Counted from the stretch's first letter, positions 1 to 10,174 are shown. The stretch is 64,000 nt of DNA from Candidatus Doudnabacteria bacterium (GCA_963768175.1 CAVYGQ010000001.1:254305-318304); one strand, 5' to 3'. A program made the numbers and translations. Notes: generated by a model not told the origin, from the sequence alone.

Positions 1-1496
1 CTAACACTAATATCGTAGAACAACTCAAAAACAAAATTGCTAATTTCCAGGCTGACGTTAAAATTGAGAAAGTCGGCACTGTACTGGAAGTAGGGGACGG
101 CGTGGCGAGGGTGAGCGGATTAAAAGAATGCGCCAGCATGGAAATGTTGGATTTTGGCAATGATGTTTTTGGCGTAGCTTTAAACTTGGAAGAAAGCGTT
201 ATCGGAGCGATTATCCTTGGGGAATATCAAAAGATTAAAGCCGGCGACACGGTTCGTTTAACCGGAAAAATTTTATCCGTGCCGGTTGGCGAAGCTGTTG
301 TTGGCCGCGTGGTTAATGCTCTTGGAGTGCCTATTGACGGCAAAGGCCCGGTGAAATCCGATAAATTTTATCCGGTGGAAAAAATTGCTCCCGGCGTTAT
401 TACCCGCCAAGGCGTCAGGTCGCCGGTGCAAACCGGGATAAAAGCCATTGACGCGCTAATTCCCATCGGCCGGGGACAGCGCGAACTTATAATCGGCGAC
501 AGGCAAACCGGCAAGACGGCCTTGGCCATAGACACCATCATTAACCAAAAAGGCCAAAATATGATTTGCATTTACGTTGCCATTGGCCAAAAAGAAGGCA
601 AAGTTGCCAAAATTGTCGACACTTTGGAACAAGCCGGAGCTATGGAATACACCACCGTGGTTTCCGCCGGCGCCAGCGAGCCGGCCGCGCTTTCTTACAT
701 TGCGCCTTATGCCGGCTGCGCCATGGGCGAATATTTTATGGACCAGGGTAAAGATGTTTTAGTGGTTTATGACGACTTATCCAAACAAGCCGTGGCCTAC
801 CGCGAAATTTCTTTGCTCTTAAGGCGCCCGCCGGGACGCGAGGCTTACCCGGGCGATGTTTTTTATCTCCACAGCCGCTTACTGGAGCGCGCGGCAAAAC
901 TCAACCCGGATTTTGGCGGCGGAAGTTTAACCGCTTTGCCGATTGTGGAAACCCAAGCCGGCGACGTTACCGCTTACATCCCGACAAACGTCATTTCTAT
1001 TACCGACGGACAGATATTTTTGGAGACCGATTTATTTTACAAAGGCATCCGTCCGGCTTTGAACGTCGGCATTTCCGTGTCCCGCGTAGGCTCTTCCGCC
1101 CAAACCAAAGCGATGAAGAAAGTTGCCGGAAAATTAAAACTACAGCTCGCGCAATTTCGTGAGCTGGAAGCTTTTGCCCAGTTTGGCTCCGATTTGGATC
1201 CTGAAACCCAAAAACAGCTTGACCTTGGCCGCCGAATGACGGAAATTTTAAAACAGCCGCAATATACACCGTATGCTTTGGAAAAAGAAGTTACCGTATT
1301 ATACGCGGTCAACAACGGCTACTTTAACCCCATTCCCGTAGACAAAATGGCTGAAACGGAAAAAGCCTTCCACCAGTATATGGCCACGCAGGCAAAGGAC
1401 GTTTTATCGGAAATCGCCAAAACCAAAGAACTTTCGGATTCAACGGAAGCCAAATTAAAGACAGCGATTGAGCAGTTTGTATCAAGCACTAAATAA
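1..1496 (+). CDS. atpA: F0F1 ATP synthase subunit alpha (5'-partial; reading frame is open from base 3)
   Basis: Translation ...[11 protein letters not shown]...[17 protein letters not shown]... matches the F1 alpha family throughout; the frame is open to the window edge. Confidence 0.93.
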   Translation, partial: NTNIVEQLKNKIANFQADVKIEKVGTVLEVGDGVARVSGLKECASMEMLDFGNDVFGVALNLEESVIGAIILGEYQKIKAGDTVRLTGKILSVPVGEAVVGRVVNALGVPIDGKGPVKSDKFYPVEKIAPGVITRQGVRSPVQTGIKAIDALIPIGRGQRELIIGDRQTGKTALAIDTIINQKGQNMICIYVAIGQKEGKVAKIVDTLEQAGAMEYTTVVSAGASEPAALSYIAPYAGCAMGEYFMDQGKDVLVVYDDLSKQAVAYREISLLLRRPPGREAYPGDVFYLHSRLLERAAKLNPDFGGGSLTALPIVETQAGDVTAYIPTNVISITDGQIFLETDLFYKGIRPALNVGISVSRVGSSAQTKAMKKVAGKLKLQLAQFRELEAFAQFGSDLDPETQKQLDLGRRMTEILKQPQYTPYALEKEVTVLYAVNNGYFNPIPVDKMAETEKAFHQYMATQAKDVLSEIAKTKELSDSTEAKLKTAIEQFVSSTK

Positions 1497-1498
1497 AC

Positions 1499-1750
1499 AT
1501 GAACAATCCCGAAAAAGCGAGTCCCATATTTGACAAAAATGGCAAAGAGATCCAGAAAGGGAGCAAAGTCAGAATTTCTGAAGAAGGAAGGAAGGCTTTG
1601 GCGCTTCATAAACTGCCATATTTCGATAGCCTTCCAAATTTTAGAGGAAATGTAATCAGCCTCGAAAGAGGAAAGGTAATTATCGGACTCACGGAAATAA
1701 CTTCTTCAAGTAGATTTCAAATGGAACCGGAGTGGTTAATAGTTGAATAA
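1499..1750 (+). CDS. hypothetical 83-aa protein inserted between atpA and atpG
   Basis: ORF abuts atpA stop (2-nt gap) and atpG start (3-nt gap); no family recognised. Confidence 0.45.
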   Translation: MNNPEKASPIFDKNGKEIQKGSKVRISEEGRKALALHKLPYFDSLPNFRGNVISLERGKVIIGLTEITSSSRFQMEPEWLIVE

Positions 1751-1753
1751 TTT

Positions 1754-2782
1754 ATGCCCGGAATTAAGGAACTTAAAACCAGAATAAAGTCTATTGGCGG
1801 CACCCGCAAGGTGACGCGGGCTATGCAAATGGTCAGCGCGGCCAAAATGCGCAAGAGCCAAGACGCGACCATGAGAAGCCGCAGTTACGCTTCTTTGGCT
1901 TGGGAGTTGATTATAAGTTTAAGCGGTGTCATTCCCGCGCAAGCGGAAATCTTAAACCAGGATCGAGATTCCGGCTCGGAGACCGGAATGGCACAACAGA
2001 TTGCGCGCTTGCTCCAATCTTTCCCCAAGGCCTCCAAAATCGCTGTCTTAATTCTCACCACAAACAGGGGAATGGTGGGTAGTTTGAATGCAAATTTACT
2101 GATGATGGTGCAAAAAACAATTCAATCTGGGAACCAAGGGGCATCCTCGGACCAGGCAAAACCTAAGACCGAAGATGCCCCTTGGCTTGAGGCGGATATT
2201 ATTACCTACGGCCGCAAAGGGCGGGATGTAATGGTCAAGAGCCACAAAGAAGTTTTGGCCGATTTTGAGAAATTTGATCGCGTTATAACCACGCAGGACA
2301 TTGAGCCAATTGCGAATTTTATTACCAATCTATACCTTTCCGGAAAATACCAAAAAGTTTTGATTTTTTATAACCATTTTGTGTCCACGCTGGCACAAAA
2401 GCCGACGGTAAAGCAGCTTCTCCCGTTTGCCTCCGATGTCATTGCGAGGAGTGCATCCGACGAAGCAATCTTACCTAAGGATAAAAAGATTGCCTCGGCT
2501 GCACTCGCAATGACAGATAGAAGCACCGATTACCTTTTCGAGCCTAACCCCAAAGAAGTTTTAGAACACTTACTCCCGCGCATCATAGAATCGCAGATAT
2601 ATCAAACAATATTAGAAAGCGAAGCCTCCGAACAGTCCGCCCGTATGGTCATGATGAAAAATGCCACCGAAGCCGCTGACGATCTGATTTCCGACCTGAC
2701 GCTGACATATAACAAATTAAGGCAGAACAAAATAACGACCGAACTGGCGGAAATAACCGCCGGTAAGATCGCTGTTGAATAA
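1754..2782 (+). CDS. atpG: F0F1 ATP synthase subunit gamma
   Basis: N-terminus MPGIKELKTRIKSIGGTRKVTRAMQMVSAAKMRK is the canonical gamma start; carries an in-frame repeat insertion ([15 protein letters not shown]). Confidence 0.9.
   Translation: MPGIKELKTRIKSIGGTRKVTRAMQMVSAAKMRKSQDATMRSRSYASLAWELIISLSGVIPAQAEILNQDRDSGSETGMAQQIARLLQSFPKASKIAVLILTTNRGMVGSLNANLLMMVQKTIQSGNQGASSDQAKPKTEDAPWLEADIITYGRKGRDVMVKSHKEVLADFEKFDRVITTQDIEPIANFITNLYLSGKYQKVLIFYNHFVSTLAQKPTVKQLLPFASDVIARSASDEAILPKDKKIASAALAMTDRSTDYLFEPNPKEVLEHLLPRIIESQIYQTILESEASEQSARMVMMKNATEAADDLISDLTLTYNKLRQNKITTELAEITAGKIAVE
2134..2185. repeat. Family-1 palindromic element (52 bp) inside atpG coding sequence
   Basis: ccaaggggcatcctcgg...ccgaagatgccccttgg: near-perfect inverted termini; the same core recurs at 3087, 21658, 18463 and 60782. 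Confidence 0.85.
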
Positions 2783-2876
2783 TAATTAATAATAAATCTT
2801 AAATCCTTAATCTTTAATCCAATTATGAACAAAGAAACAATATCACAAGCGACAAACTTTAATTAATTTTATAGCT

Positions 2877-2948
2877 GTCGTCCTGAGCGAAGCGAAGGAT
2901 CCCTTAACACAAGATAAAGAGATTCCTCACTGCGTTCGGAATGACGCC
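2877..2948. repeat. Family-2 dispersed repeat (GTCCTGAGCGAAGCGAAGGATC ... AGAGATTCCTCACTGCGTTCGGAATGACGCC), intergenic atpG-atpD
   Basis: Near-identical architecture to the copy at 22338-22407; related copies at 4955, 16640-16790, 23880-23945, 28520, 47425, 50505, 56905, 57765, 59453, 63495. Confidence 0.8.
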
Positions 2949-2961
2949 TAAAGAGTATTAA

Positions 2962-4413
<1,452 letters not shown>

Positions 4414-4481
4414 GCATTGGATAACTAGACATTAGATGTTGGATTTCAGGCCAGGCACCTAACAACTAAAACCTAAAACCT

Positions 4482-4937
4482 ATGACAAAGCTCCACTTTC
4501 AATTAGTAACCCCCGAGCGCACTGTTCTTAACGAAGAACTGGACAGTTTGTCATGCCCTACAACTTTAGGGCAGATTACCATATTACCAGGGCATATTCC
4601 GCTGGTAGCCACTTTAGTGCCGGGAGAGCTAATAGCCCGCGTCGGCGGTAAAGAGCATTTTATTAACGTTACAGGCGGATTTATTGAAGTTAGGGCAAAT
4701 AACGAGGTGGCTGCGCTGGCGGATGCTGCTGAACATTATTATGAAATAAACGTGCAAAAAACCGAGGAAGCCGTAAAGCGAGCCCAGCAGGCCATGAAAG
4801 AAACCAAAATGTCTTCCGAGGAATATGCCAAAGTGGCGAGCAGTTTAAATCAAAGTCTTATGCGCCTGAACATAGCCCGTAAGCATGCACACCGAAGGAA
4901 TATGCCAATAACAGGGCAGGGGAATTTGCAGGAATGA
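4482..4937 (+). CDS. atpC: F0F1 ATP synthase subunit epsilon
   Basis: Last gene of the atp operon; N-terminal beta-sandwich sequence LVTPERTVLNEE...ITILPGHIPLV is typical of epsilon. Confidence 0.85.
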   Translation: MTKLHFQLVTPERTVLNEELDSLSCPTTLGQITILPGHIPLVATLVPGELIARVGGKEHFINVTGGFIEVRANNEVAALADAAEHYYEINVQKTEEAVKRAQQAMKETKMSSEEYAKVASSLNQSLMRLNIARKHAHRRNMPITGQGNLQE

Positions 4938-5006
4938 TTTTATATAAATAATATTGTTCGAGCCCTTCGACTCCGCTCAGGGCAGGCTTGTCGAGAACAA
5001 TGGTAA

Positions 5007-5042
5007 AAATATGCTTCTCTTCAGGGTCGAAGCATATTTTTT
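5007..5042 (+). terminator. intrinsic terminator after atpC
   Basis: aaatatgcttc-loop-gaagcatattt stem followed by a T6 run. Confidence 0.7.
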
Positions 5043-5726
5043 ATGAAAATAGATTACCAACCAAAATCCCAGCTTGAAAAGTTTGGCAAAAAAATTATTG
5101 ATTTGCTTGTGGACAACTTCCCGCAAACTTTTTTTGTTGGCGGCATGGTCCGAGACTTGCTACTAGGCAAAATTTTAACTGATATTGATATCGCGACACA
5201 AGCAACGCCTTCGGAAGTCATAAAGTTGCTAACCAATAACAATGTTGTCTGCGATGGCGCGTACAGCCTTTTTGGAATAGTTGTGGCAAAAAGAGGGCGC
5301 TATAAAATTGAAATCGCCACTTTTCGCAAAGACTTGCCAAGCAAAAACAGATACCCAAAAATTTGTTTTGTAAAAAACTTAAAACAAGATAGTAACCGCC
5401 GCGATTTTACTATAAATGCCTTATATTTAAGCCCGAAAAGTGGAAGAATCCTGGATTTCCATCAAGGATTGAAAGATTTAAAATTGAAGCTCTTAAAATT
5501 TATCGGCAACCCGGAAAAACGGATTAAAGAAGACCCTTTAAGAATAATCAGAGCTTTGCGCTTTGCGCAAACTTTAAACTTCAAGTTGGATGGCAGGGCG
5601 AAAAATGCCATGGAGAAAAATTTTCCACTTGTAAAAACTTTGACGAAATCGCGGATAAAAAATGAGTTAGAAAAAATCGCAAACCTAAATCATAAAAAAA
5701 TCATTTTAAACATAATGGGTAAATAA
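5043..5726 (+). CDS. tRNA nucleotidyltransferase/poly(A) polymerase family protein (head domain only, 227 aa)
   Basis: GGMVRD, DIDIAT (DxD) and RRDFTINA motifs of class II CCA-adding enzymes; unusually short. Confidence 0.7.
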   Translation: MKIDYQPKSQLEKFGKKIIDLLVDNFPQTFFVGGMVRDLLLGKILTDIDIATQATPSEVIKLLTNNNVVCDGAYSLFGIVVAKRGRYKIEIATFRKDLPSKNRYPKICFVKNLKQDSNRRDFTINALYLSPKSGRILDFHQGLKDLKLKLLKFIGNPEKRIKEDPLRIIRALRFAQTLNFKLDGRAKNAMEKNFPLVKTLTKSRIKNELEKIANLNHKKIILNIMGK

Positions 5727-5736
5727 AATTTGCTTG

Positions 5737-5765
5737 ACATAAAATAAAAAAAACTCTATAATAAA
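5737..5765 (+). promoter_or_regulatory. consensus sigma70-like promoter (TTGACA-17-TATAAT)
   Basis: ttgacataaaataaaaaaaactctataat: perfect -35 and -10 hexamers with a 17-nt spacer. Confidence 0.6.
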
Positions 5766-5984
5766 TTTATAATATAAATAATTACCGAAACGAAAAGATA
5801 ACTAACATAGAAAACAGAAAAAACTTATAAAGATAGAACTTGCAGTATCCAATAATCGCGTATTAGTTTCGCAAATAGTCTAAGATGACACTACTCAACT
5901 TGAGACATAAAGTTTCAAGATCCCAGGGTAGAAAATTAAGAAAGCTTGGCCAAAATTAGTCAAGCTTTCAGGGAGACTAGCCCA

Positions 5985-6047
5985 ATGGCTAAGAAAAGGA
6001 AAGTTGCAAAGAAGAAAAAGGGCGGTTCCAAAAAGAAGCGCCGCTAG
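5985..6047 (+). CDS. tiny, highly basic 20-aa ORF (MAKKRKVAKKKKGGSKKKRR)
   Basis: GGGAGA SD 8 nt upstream; followed by a hairpin plus T-run at 6076-6110; lies downstream of the strong promoter. Confidence 0.3.
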   Translation: MAKKRKVAKKKKGGSKKKRR

Positions 6048-6158
6048 TCTTTGCTTTCCGATGTTATCGGAATAACAAGGCCACCCCAAAATTAAGGGTG
6101 GTTTTGTTGTTTTTTTACGCAATAGACAAAAACGCCCAAAAAATTGGGCGTTTTTGTC

Positions 6159-6235
6159 TGGCGGACTGAACGGGACTCGAACCCGCGACCTCTCCCGTGA
6201 CAGGGGAGCGCTCTAACCAACTGAGCTACCAGTCC
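6159..6235 (-). tRNA. tRNA-Asp (anticodon GTC)
   Basis: Manual cloverleaf: acceptor GGACTGG/TCAGTCC, D-arm GCTC-AGTTGGTTA-GAGC, anticodon arm CTCCC-CTGTCAC-GGGAG, T-arm GCGGG-TTCGAGT-CCCGT, encoded CCA. Confidence 0.9.
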
Positions 6236-6380
6236 GTATTGTAAAACCTATTTCGTGCCCCCCCCGACTACGCTCGGGACACCACTCGACTCCGTTTAGA
6301 GTTTGTGGTTGGTTGAGGCCTATACTAGGCCGAAATCACGAGCGAGTTTTGACGATAGTCAAAACGAGTTGAGTGGTGCC

Positions 6381-6545
6381 GAAGAGAGGAATTGCACCTC
6401 TGACCTTGGGCTTACTTGCCCGCCCACCAAATTTGAGGCGTTTAGAAAGGTTTTTTTGGTAGCGGGAAGAGGAATTGCACCTCTGACCTTGGGCTTACTT
6501 GCCCGCCCACCAAATTTGAGGCGTTTAGAAAGGTTTTTTTGGTAG
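6381..6545 (-). repeat. tandem direct repeat of about 82 bp (two copies plus a third fused to a tRNA-like sequence) carrying a tRNA 3'-half-like segment
   Basis: agaggaattgcacctctgaccttgggcttacttgcccgcccaccaaatttgaggcgtttagaaaggtttttttggtagcgggaag repeated; the minus-strand reading contains AAGCCCAAGGTCAGAGGTGCAATTCCTCTTCCCGCTACCA. Confidence 0.8.
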
Positions 6546-6617
6546 CGGGAAGAGGAATTGCACCTCTGACCTTGGGCTTATGAGTTCCCACGCTCTAACT
6601 AACTGAGCTATCCCGCC
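6540..6617 (-). other. tRNA-like sequence (78 nt) with good acceptor, D and T stems but a non-canonical anticodon arm
   Basis: GGCGGGATAGCTCAGTTAGTTAGAGCGTGGGAACTCATAAGCCCAAGGTCAGAGGTGCAATTCCTCTTCCCGCTACCA; the anticodon stem does not pair canonically and the T-loop is TGCAATT. Confidence 0.4.
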
Positions 6618-6818
6618 ATGTAACATATTGTTGGGAAATTTGGTGGGCGGGTGAAAGTCCCACGCTCCCCGCCCGTACCGAACGGTATGTTCGGGCGGGT
6701 AACTAACTGAGCTATCCCGCCATGTAACATATTGTTGGGAAATTTGGTGGGCGGGTGAAAGTCCCACGCTCCCCGCCCGTACCGAACGGTACGTTCGGGC
6801 GGGTAACTAACTGAGCTA
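6595..6818 (-). repeat. tandem direct repeat of about 112 bp (two copies plus a partial) carrying a tRNA 5'-fragment and a GC-rich palindrome
   Basis: ctaactaactgagctatcccgccatgtaacatattgttgggaaatttggtgggcgggtgaaagtcccacgctccccgcccgtaccgaacggta(t/c)gttcgggcgggtaa occurs twice. Confidence 0.8.
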
Positions 6819-7188
6819 CCCCGGCACGCCGCAACTCGCTCCAAGCTCCAGAATTTGCTAAAGCAAATTACTTTCGCTTTCCGCGGTTGCTCCTCTTTCC
6901 CAAAAATCCGTGCTCGTCACCCTGAGGGTGACTGCGCTCCTAATTTTCAGGAGCCTTTTTTTATAAAAACCCTCGTGCAGAGGGTAAAATCTGTCACGAT
7001 TTTAACTTTTTTAGTTTAACAATGTCGCATTCGCAACCACGGATTAGCCATATGTTCCCAAATGGGCTCTCCAAATTTTCTTCCTGGAAATGTCCTAGGA
7101 AAATTTGGGGAGAGGGGCAACATTCCGAACGAAGTGGAGTATCTCGCCCAAAGCGCGATACAAAACGGAGTGAGGAATGATTAACCCG

Positions 7189-7264
7189 TGGTTGCGGGAC
7201 CCGGACTCGAACCGGGAACCTCAAGGTTATGAGCCTTGCGAGCTGCCAATTGCTCTATCCCGCG
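7189..7264 (-). tRNA. tRNA-Met (anticodon CAT), with initiator-like features
   Basis: Cloverleaf: acceptor CGCGGGA/TCCCGCA with C1xA72 mismatch, D-arm GAGC-AATTGGCA-GCTC (A11:U24), anticodon arm CAAGG-CTCATAA-CCTTG, T-arm CCCGG-TTCGAGT-CCGGG, encoded CCA. Confidence 0.85.
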
Positions 7265-7378
7265 ATAATAGCTGATATATTATACTACACAACCTTTTTA
7301 AAAGCAACCGGCTCTTTTTGACTTCAGCTTCGTTTAAAGCTAGACTTTGAATATCATACGGAAAGGAGGAGGCTTCCA

Positions 7379-7765
7379 ATGCCTCAACGCGGTTGTATCC
7401 TTGTTTTGATGCCCGGCACACTCGTGCCAGTAATGCCCCAAGTCTATGCCACCATTCGCCAGGGACCCGAAAAACATCCCGTGGAAGTCTATGTACCGCT
7501 AACAACACTAATAAAAGATAGGAAGAACTATTTCCACATCGAGGATGGGCCCCATTCTCTTTGTGCGGAACTCTATCCCAGAACCATAGCGGTACTGGAT
7601 ATGGGCAGCGGCAAGTTGTTGTGGCTGAACGAAGGTTTGCTGGCGCGCAACCCTCAAATTTGCGGGAGATGCTTTTGTGTACAACCAGTACACAAAGATG
7701 ACTGCCCCACCACAGGAAACGGCATCGACGGACCGCGGAATTCCGCGGCCGAGGTTGGGGGGTGA
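7379..7765 (+). CDS. hypothetical 128-aa Cys-containing protein
   Basis: Strong SD AAGGAGGAGG directly upstream; followed by an 18-bp perfect palindromic terminator; GC slightly raised; adjacent to the tRNA genes. Confidence 0.5.
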   Translation: MPQRGCILVLMPGTLVPVMPQVYATIRQGPEKHPVEVYVPLTTLIKDRKNYFHIEDGPHSLCAELYPRTIAVLDMGSGKLLWLNEGLLARNPQICGRCFCVQPVHKDDCPTTGNGIDGPRNSAAEVGG

Positions 7766-7791
7766 GACCATCTCCCTTCCATTTTTAAAAC

Positions 7792-7835
7792 AAACCATCC
7801 CGCCTCTTTAAAGAGGCGGGATGGTTTTAAATTAT
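7792..7835 (+). terminator. palindromic terminator (aaaccatcccgcctcttt/aaagaggcgggatggttt)
   Basis: 18-bp perfect inverted repeat followed by an AT-rich tract. Confidence 0.6.
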
Positions 7836-8047
7836 TTATTCCTTTTTTGCTTTAATTTCCCGCCTTTGGGCCAAAGGCTAGGGGAGGGCTCTCTTTCCCC
7901 TGATGTTATTCAGGATAATCCCGTCCTCTCCTAACCGCAAACCCAAAGGCGGAGATTAATGATTAGACTTCTGTTATCACTCTATACCCAAGATTGATAA
8001 TTTGTCAAGCGGTTGTTTTTGGCTAAAAAATATAGTATAATAAGCGC

Positions 8048-9082
8048 ATGCAAACAACCATTCTTTACGTAATAATCCTTGTACTTTTGGCAGGTTTTGG
8101 CTTGCTTTTTTATTTTTTAACCGACTTAAAAAAGAAGACAGAAAAACCTACTGATGACCAAGGCATGAAAGTTATGATGGAATGGATGAAAGAGATAAAG
8201 CAAGGCACGGATGCCACACGCGAAGGCATGCAAAAAACCATCGACCAGACCAACAAGGCAATAAATGAACGATTGGACAATGCCGGCCGTGTAATCGCCG
8301 CGCTTACCAAAGAATTGGGAGGCATATCACAAGTCGGCCCGGACATCCGCCGGCTCACGGAAACTTTGGCGTCGCCCAAATTAAGAGGCAACTTTGGCGA
8401 AGAGATGCTGGAAAACATGCTTTCCCAGGCTTTGCCGAAAAACGGTTACGAAATCCAGCACAAATTTAATAACGGCGAAGTGGTGGATGCGATTATTTAC
8501 GTTGGGGACAAGATTTTGCCCATAGACAGCAAATTCAGCATGGAAAACTTCCGGCTTTACAAAGAAGCCAAAACCGAAGAGGCCGCCGAGGGCTTAAAAA
8601 AATCTTTTTTAAAAGACGTTAAAAAACGAGTAGACGAAATCCACAAAAAATATATTCTGCCGCAGGAGAACACTTTTGATTTTGCATTAATGTACATCCC
8701 TTCCGAAGGCGTATTCAGCGAGGTACTGGACGATACGGCGACGTTAACTTACGGCAGGGAAAAAAAAGTCTATTTTGTCAGCCCGAACACCCTGTATCAT
8801 CATTTGCAAATAATTTTATTGTCGCTTCGCGGGCAAAAGGTTAACGAAGCAGCCCAGCAGATATTGGCAATGATAGCCGGTATTAAACAGGAATCCGATA
8901 AATTCGGCCGCAATTTGGAAGTCTTGGGCAGTCACATCAAAAACGCCGGCAACACCATGGGCACGGTCAACAACGACTTTGCCAAATTAAAAACCAGCAT
9001 TAGCAACGCCGCGACGCTAGAGCTAAAAGAAACCGGCGAGGTAGATAAAGCCGCTGAAAAACCCCAAAAGTTATTGGAATAA
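8048..9082 (+). CDS. rmuC: DNA recombination protein RmuC homologue
   Basis: N-terminal TM helix, a long coiled-coil region, and a C-terminal region LRGNFGEEMLENML...YIPSEGVF typical of the RmuC family. Confidence 0.75.
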   Translation: MQTTILYVIILVLLAGFGLLFYFLTDLKKKTEKPTDDQGMKVMMEWMKEIKQGTDATREGMQKTIDQTNKAINERLDNAGRVIAALTKELGGISQVGPDIRRLTETLASPKLRGNFGEEMLENMLSQALPKNGYEIQHKFNNGEVVDAIIYVGDKILPIDSKFSMENFRLYKEAKTEEAAEGLKKSFLKDVKKRVDEIHKKYILPQENTFDFALMYIPSEGVFSEVLDDTATLTYGREKKVYFVSPNTLYHHLQIILLSLRGQKVNEAAQQILAMIAGIKQESDKFGRNLEVLGSHIKNAGNTMGTVNNDFAKLKTSISNAATLELKETGEVDKAAEKPQKLLE

Positions 9083-9084
9083 TT

Positions 9085-9672
9085 ATGTCTGACTTAAAAC
9101 CATATGAGTTAGGAGAGATAAACAGTCAAATGTCGGCCATGGGGAAATTCGCCGATATTTACGAAGCCAAAAAAGATCCGGACATTTTAGTAAAAGAATT
9201 TGACTCCGATAACCTTGAAGAAATAAAAAAAGCTTACGCTTTTATTAAAAATAACTTTTCTGATTTTACCCCACGGCATCAATTAGTTATTTTTGCAGAA
9301 GATGGACAACCGACCCCGGCTATAATTACAGAAAGGGTGCAGCCTGCCCAAATGAAAGATTACAGAAAAACCGCGGAAAAACTGGAAAACTTGTTGGTAG
9401 GAGCCGTTACTCTTTACTTGAAAAATTTCAATGCTGGTTTCATCCCCGACATAAGCAAAACCGAAAATTTACTATATGGAACAACAAGAAGCAACCCCGA
9501 ACCAAAATGGTATTTAATAGATACTTTCCCCGTATTATGCATATCAGTTAAAGAACTAAGAGAGTCACTGGGCAAAATTACCGATCCATTTATGAATTAC
9601 TACCAGTTTCCAAAAATAAATCAATTAATTAATTTATTAAACCAAAAAGAAAATGAGCATAAGAAATCCTGA
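9085..9672 (+). CDS. hypothetical protein (195 aa), translationally coupled to rmuC
   Basis: Starts 2 nt after the rmuC stop; overlaps the next gene; no family recognised. Confidence 0.5.
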   Translation: MSDLKPYELGEINSQMSAMGKFADIYEAKKDPDILVKEFDSDNLEEIKKAYAFIKNNFSDFTPRHQLVIFAEDGQPTPAIITERVQPAQMKDYRKTAEKLENLLVGAVTLYLKNFNAGFIPDISKTENLLYGTTRSNPEPKWYLIDTFPVLCISVKELRESLGKITDPFMNYYQFPKINQLINLLNQKENEHKKS

Positions 9673-10171
9673 CCAGCGTGTCGGTGTGTTCGTGGACGTG
9701 CAGAATTTATATTATTCCGCGCGCAATATTTATAATGCCAGAGTAAAGTTTAACGAGGTCTTAGATGCGGCTGTGGCCGGGCGCAAGCTTATCCGCGCCA
9801 TTGCTTATGTCGTTAAAGCCGACATGCCCGAAGAGCACACTTTTTTTGAGGCTCTGGAAAAAGCCGGCTTTGAGGTAAAAATGAAGGATCTGCAAACTTA
9901 TGCCGGCGGGCACCAAAAAGGTGATTGGGACGTAGGCATTGCCATGGATATTATCAAGCTGATGAATAAGCTGGACGTGATAGTTTTGGCCAGCGGCGAC
10001 GGCGACTACTTGCCGCTACTTGAATATTTGCAAATGTCCGGCCAGTTTACCGAGACTCTGGCTTTTGGCAAATCCTGCTCCGGCAAAATTAAGGAAGTGA
10101 CCGACTTTTTTATAGATCTGGACGAAAACCCACGCAAATTTTTAATGCCAATAAAAACAGGGAGAAAATAA
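9653..10171 (+). CDS. NYN-domain (LabA-like) putative RNase
   Basis: VFVDVQNLYYS ... LASGDGDYLPL motifs of the NYN/DUF88 nuclease fold. Confidence 0.7.
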   Translation: MSIRNPDQRVGVFVDVQNLYYSARNIYNARVKFNEVLDAAVAGRKLIRAIAYVVKADMPEEHTFFEALEKAGFEVKMKDLQTYAGGHQKGDWDVGIAMDIIKLMNKLDVIVLASGDGDYLPLLEYLQMSGQFTETLAFGKSCSGKIKEVTDFFIDLDENPRKFLMPIKTGRK

Positions 10172-10174
10172 TGT

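Noticed and set aside
5770-6110. Possible tmRNA or RNase P RNA downstream of the strong promoter
   Set aside because: There is no GGGG…CCACCA tRNA-like ends or ANDENYALAA-type tag (tmRNA), and no GGAAAGUCCGG/P4 motifs (RNase P). The sequence is far too AT-rich.
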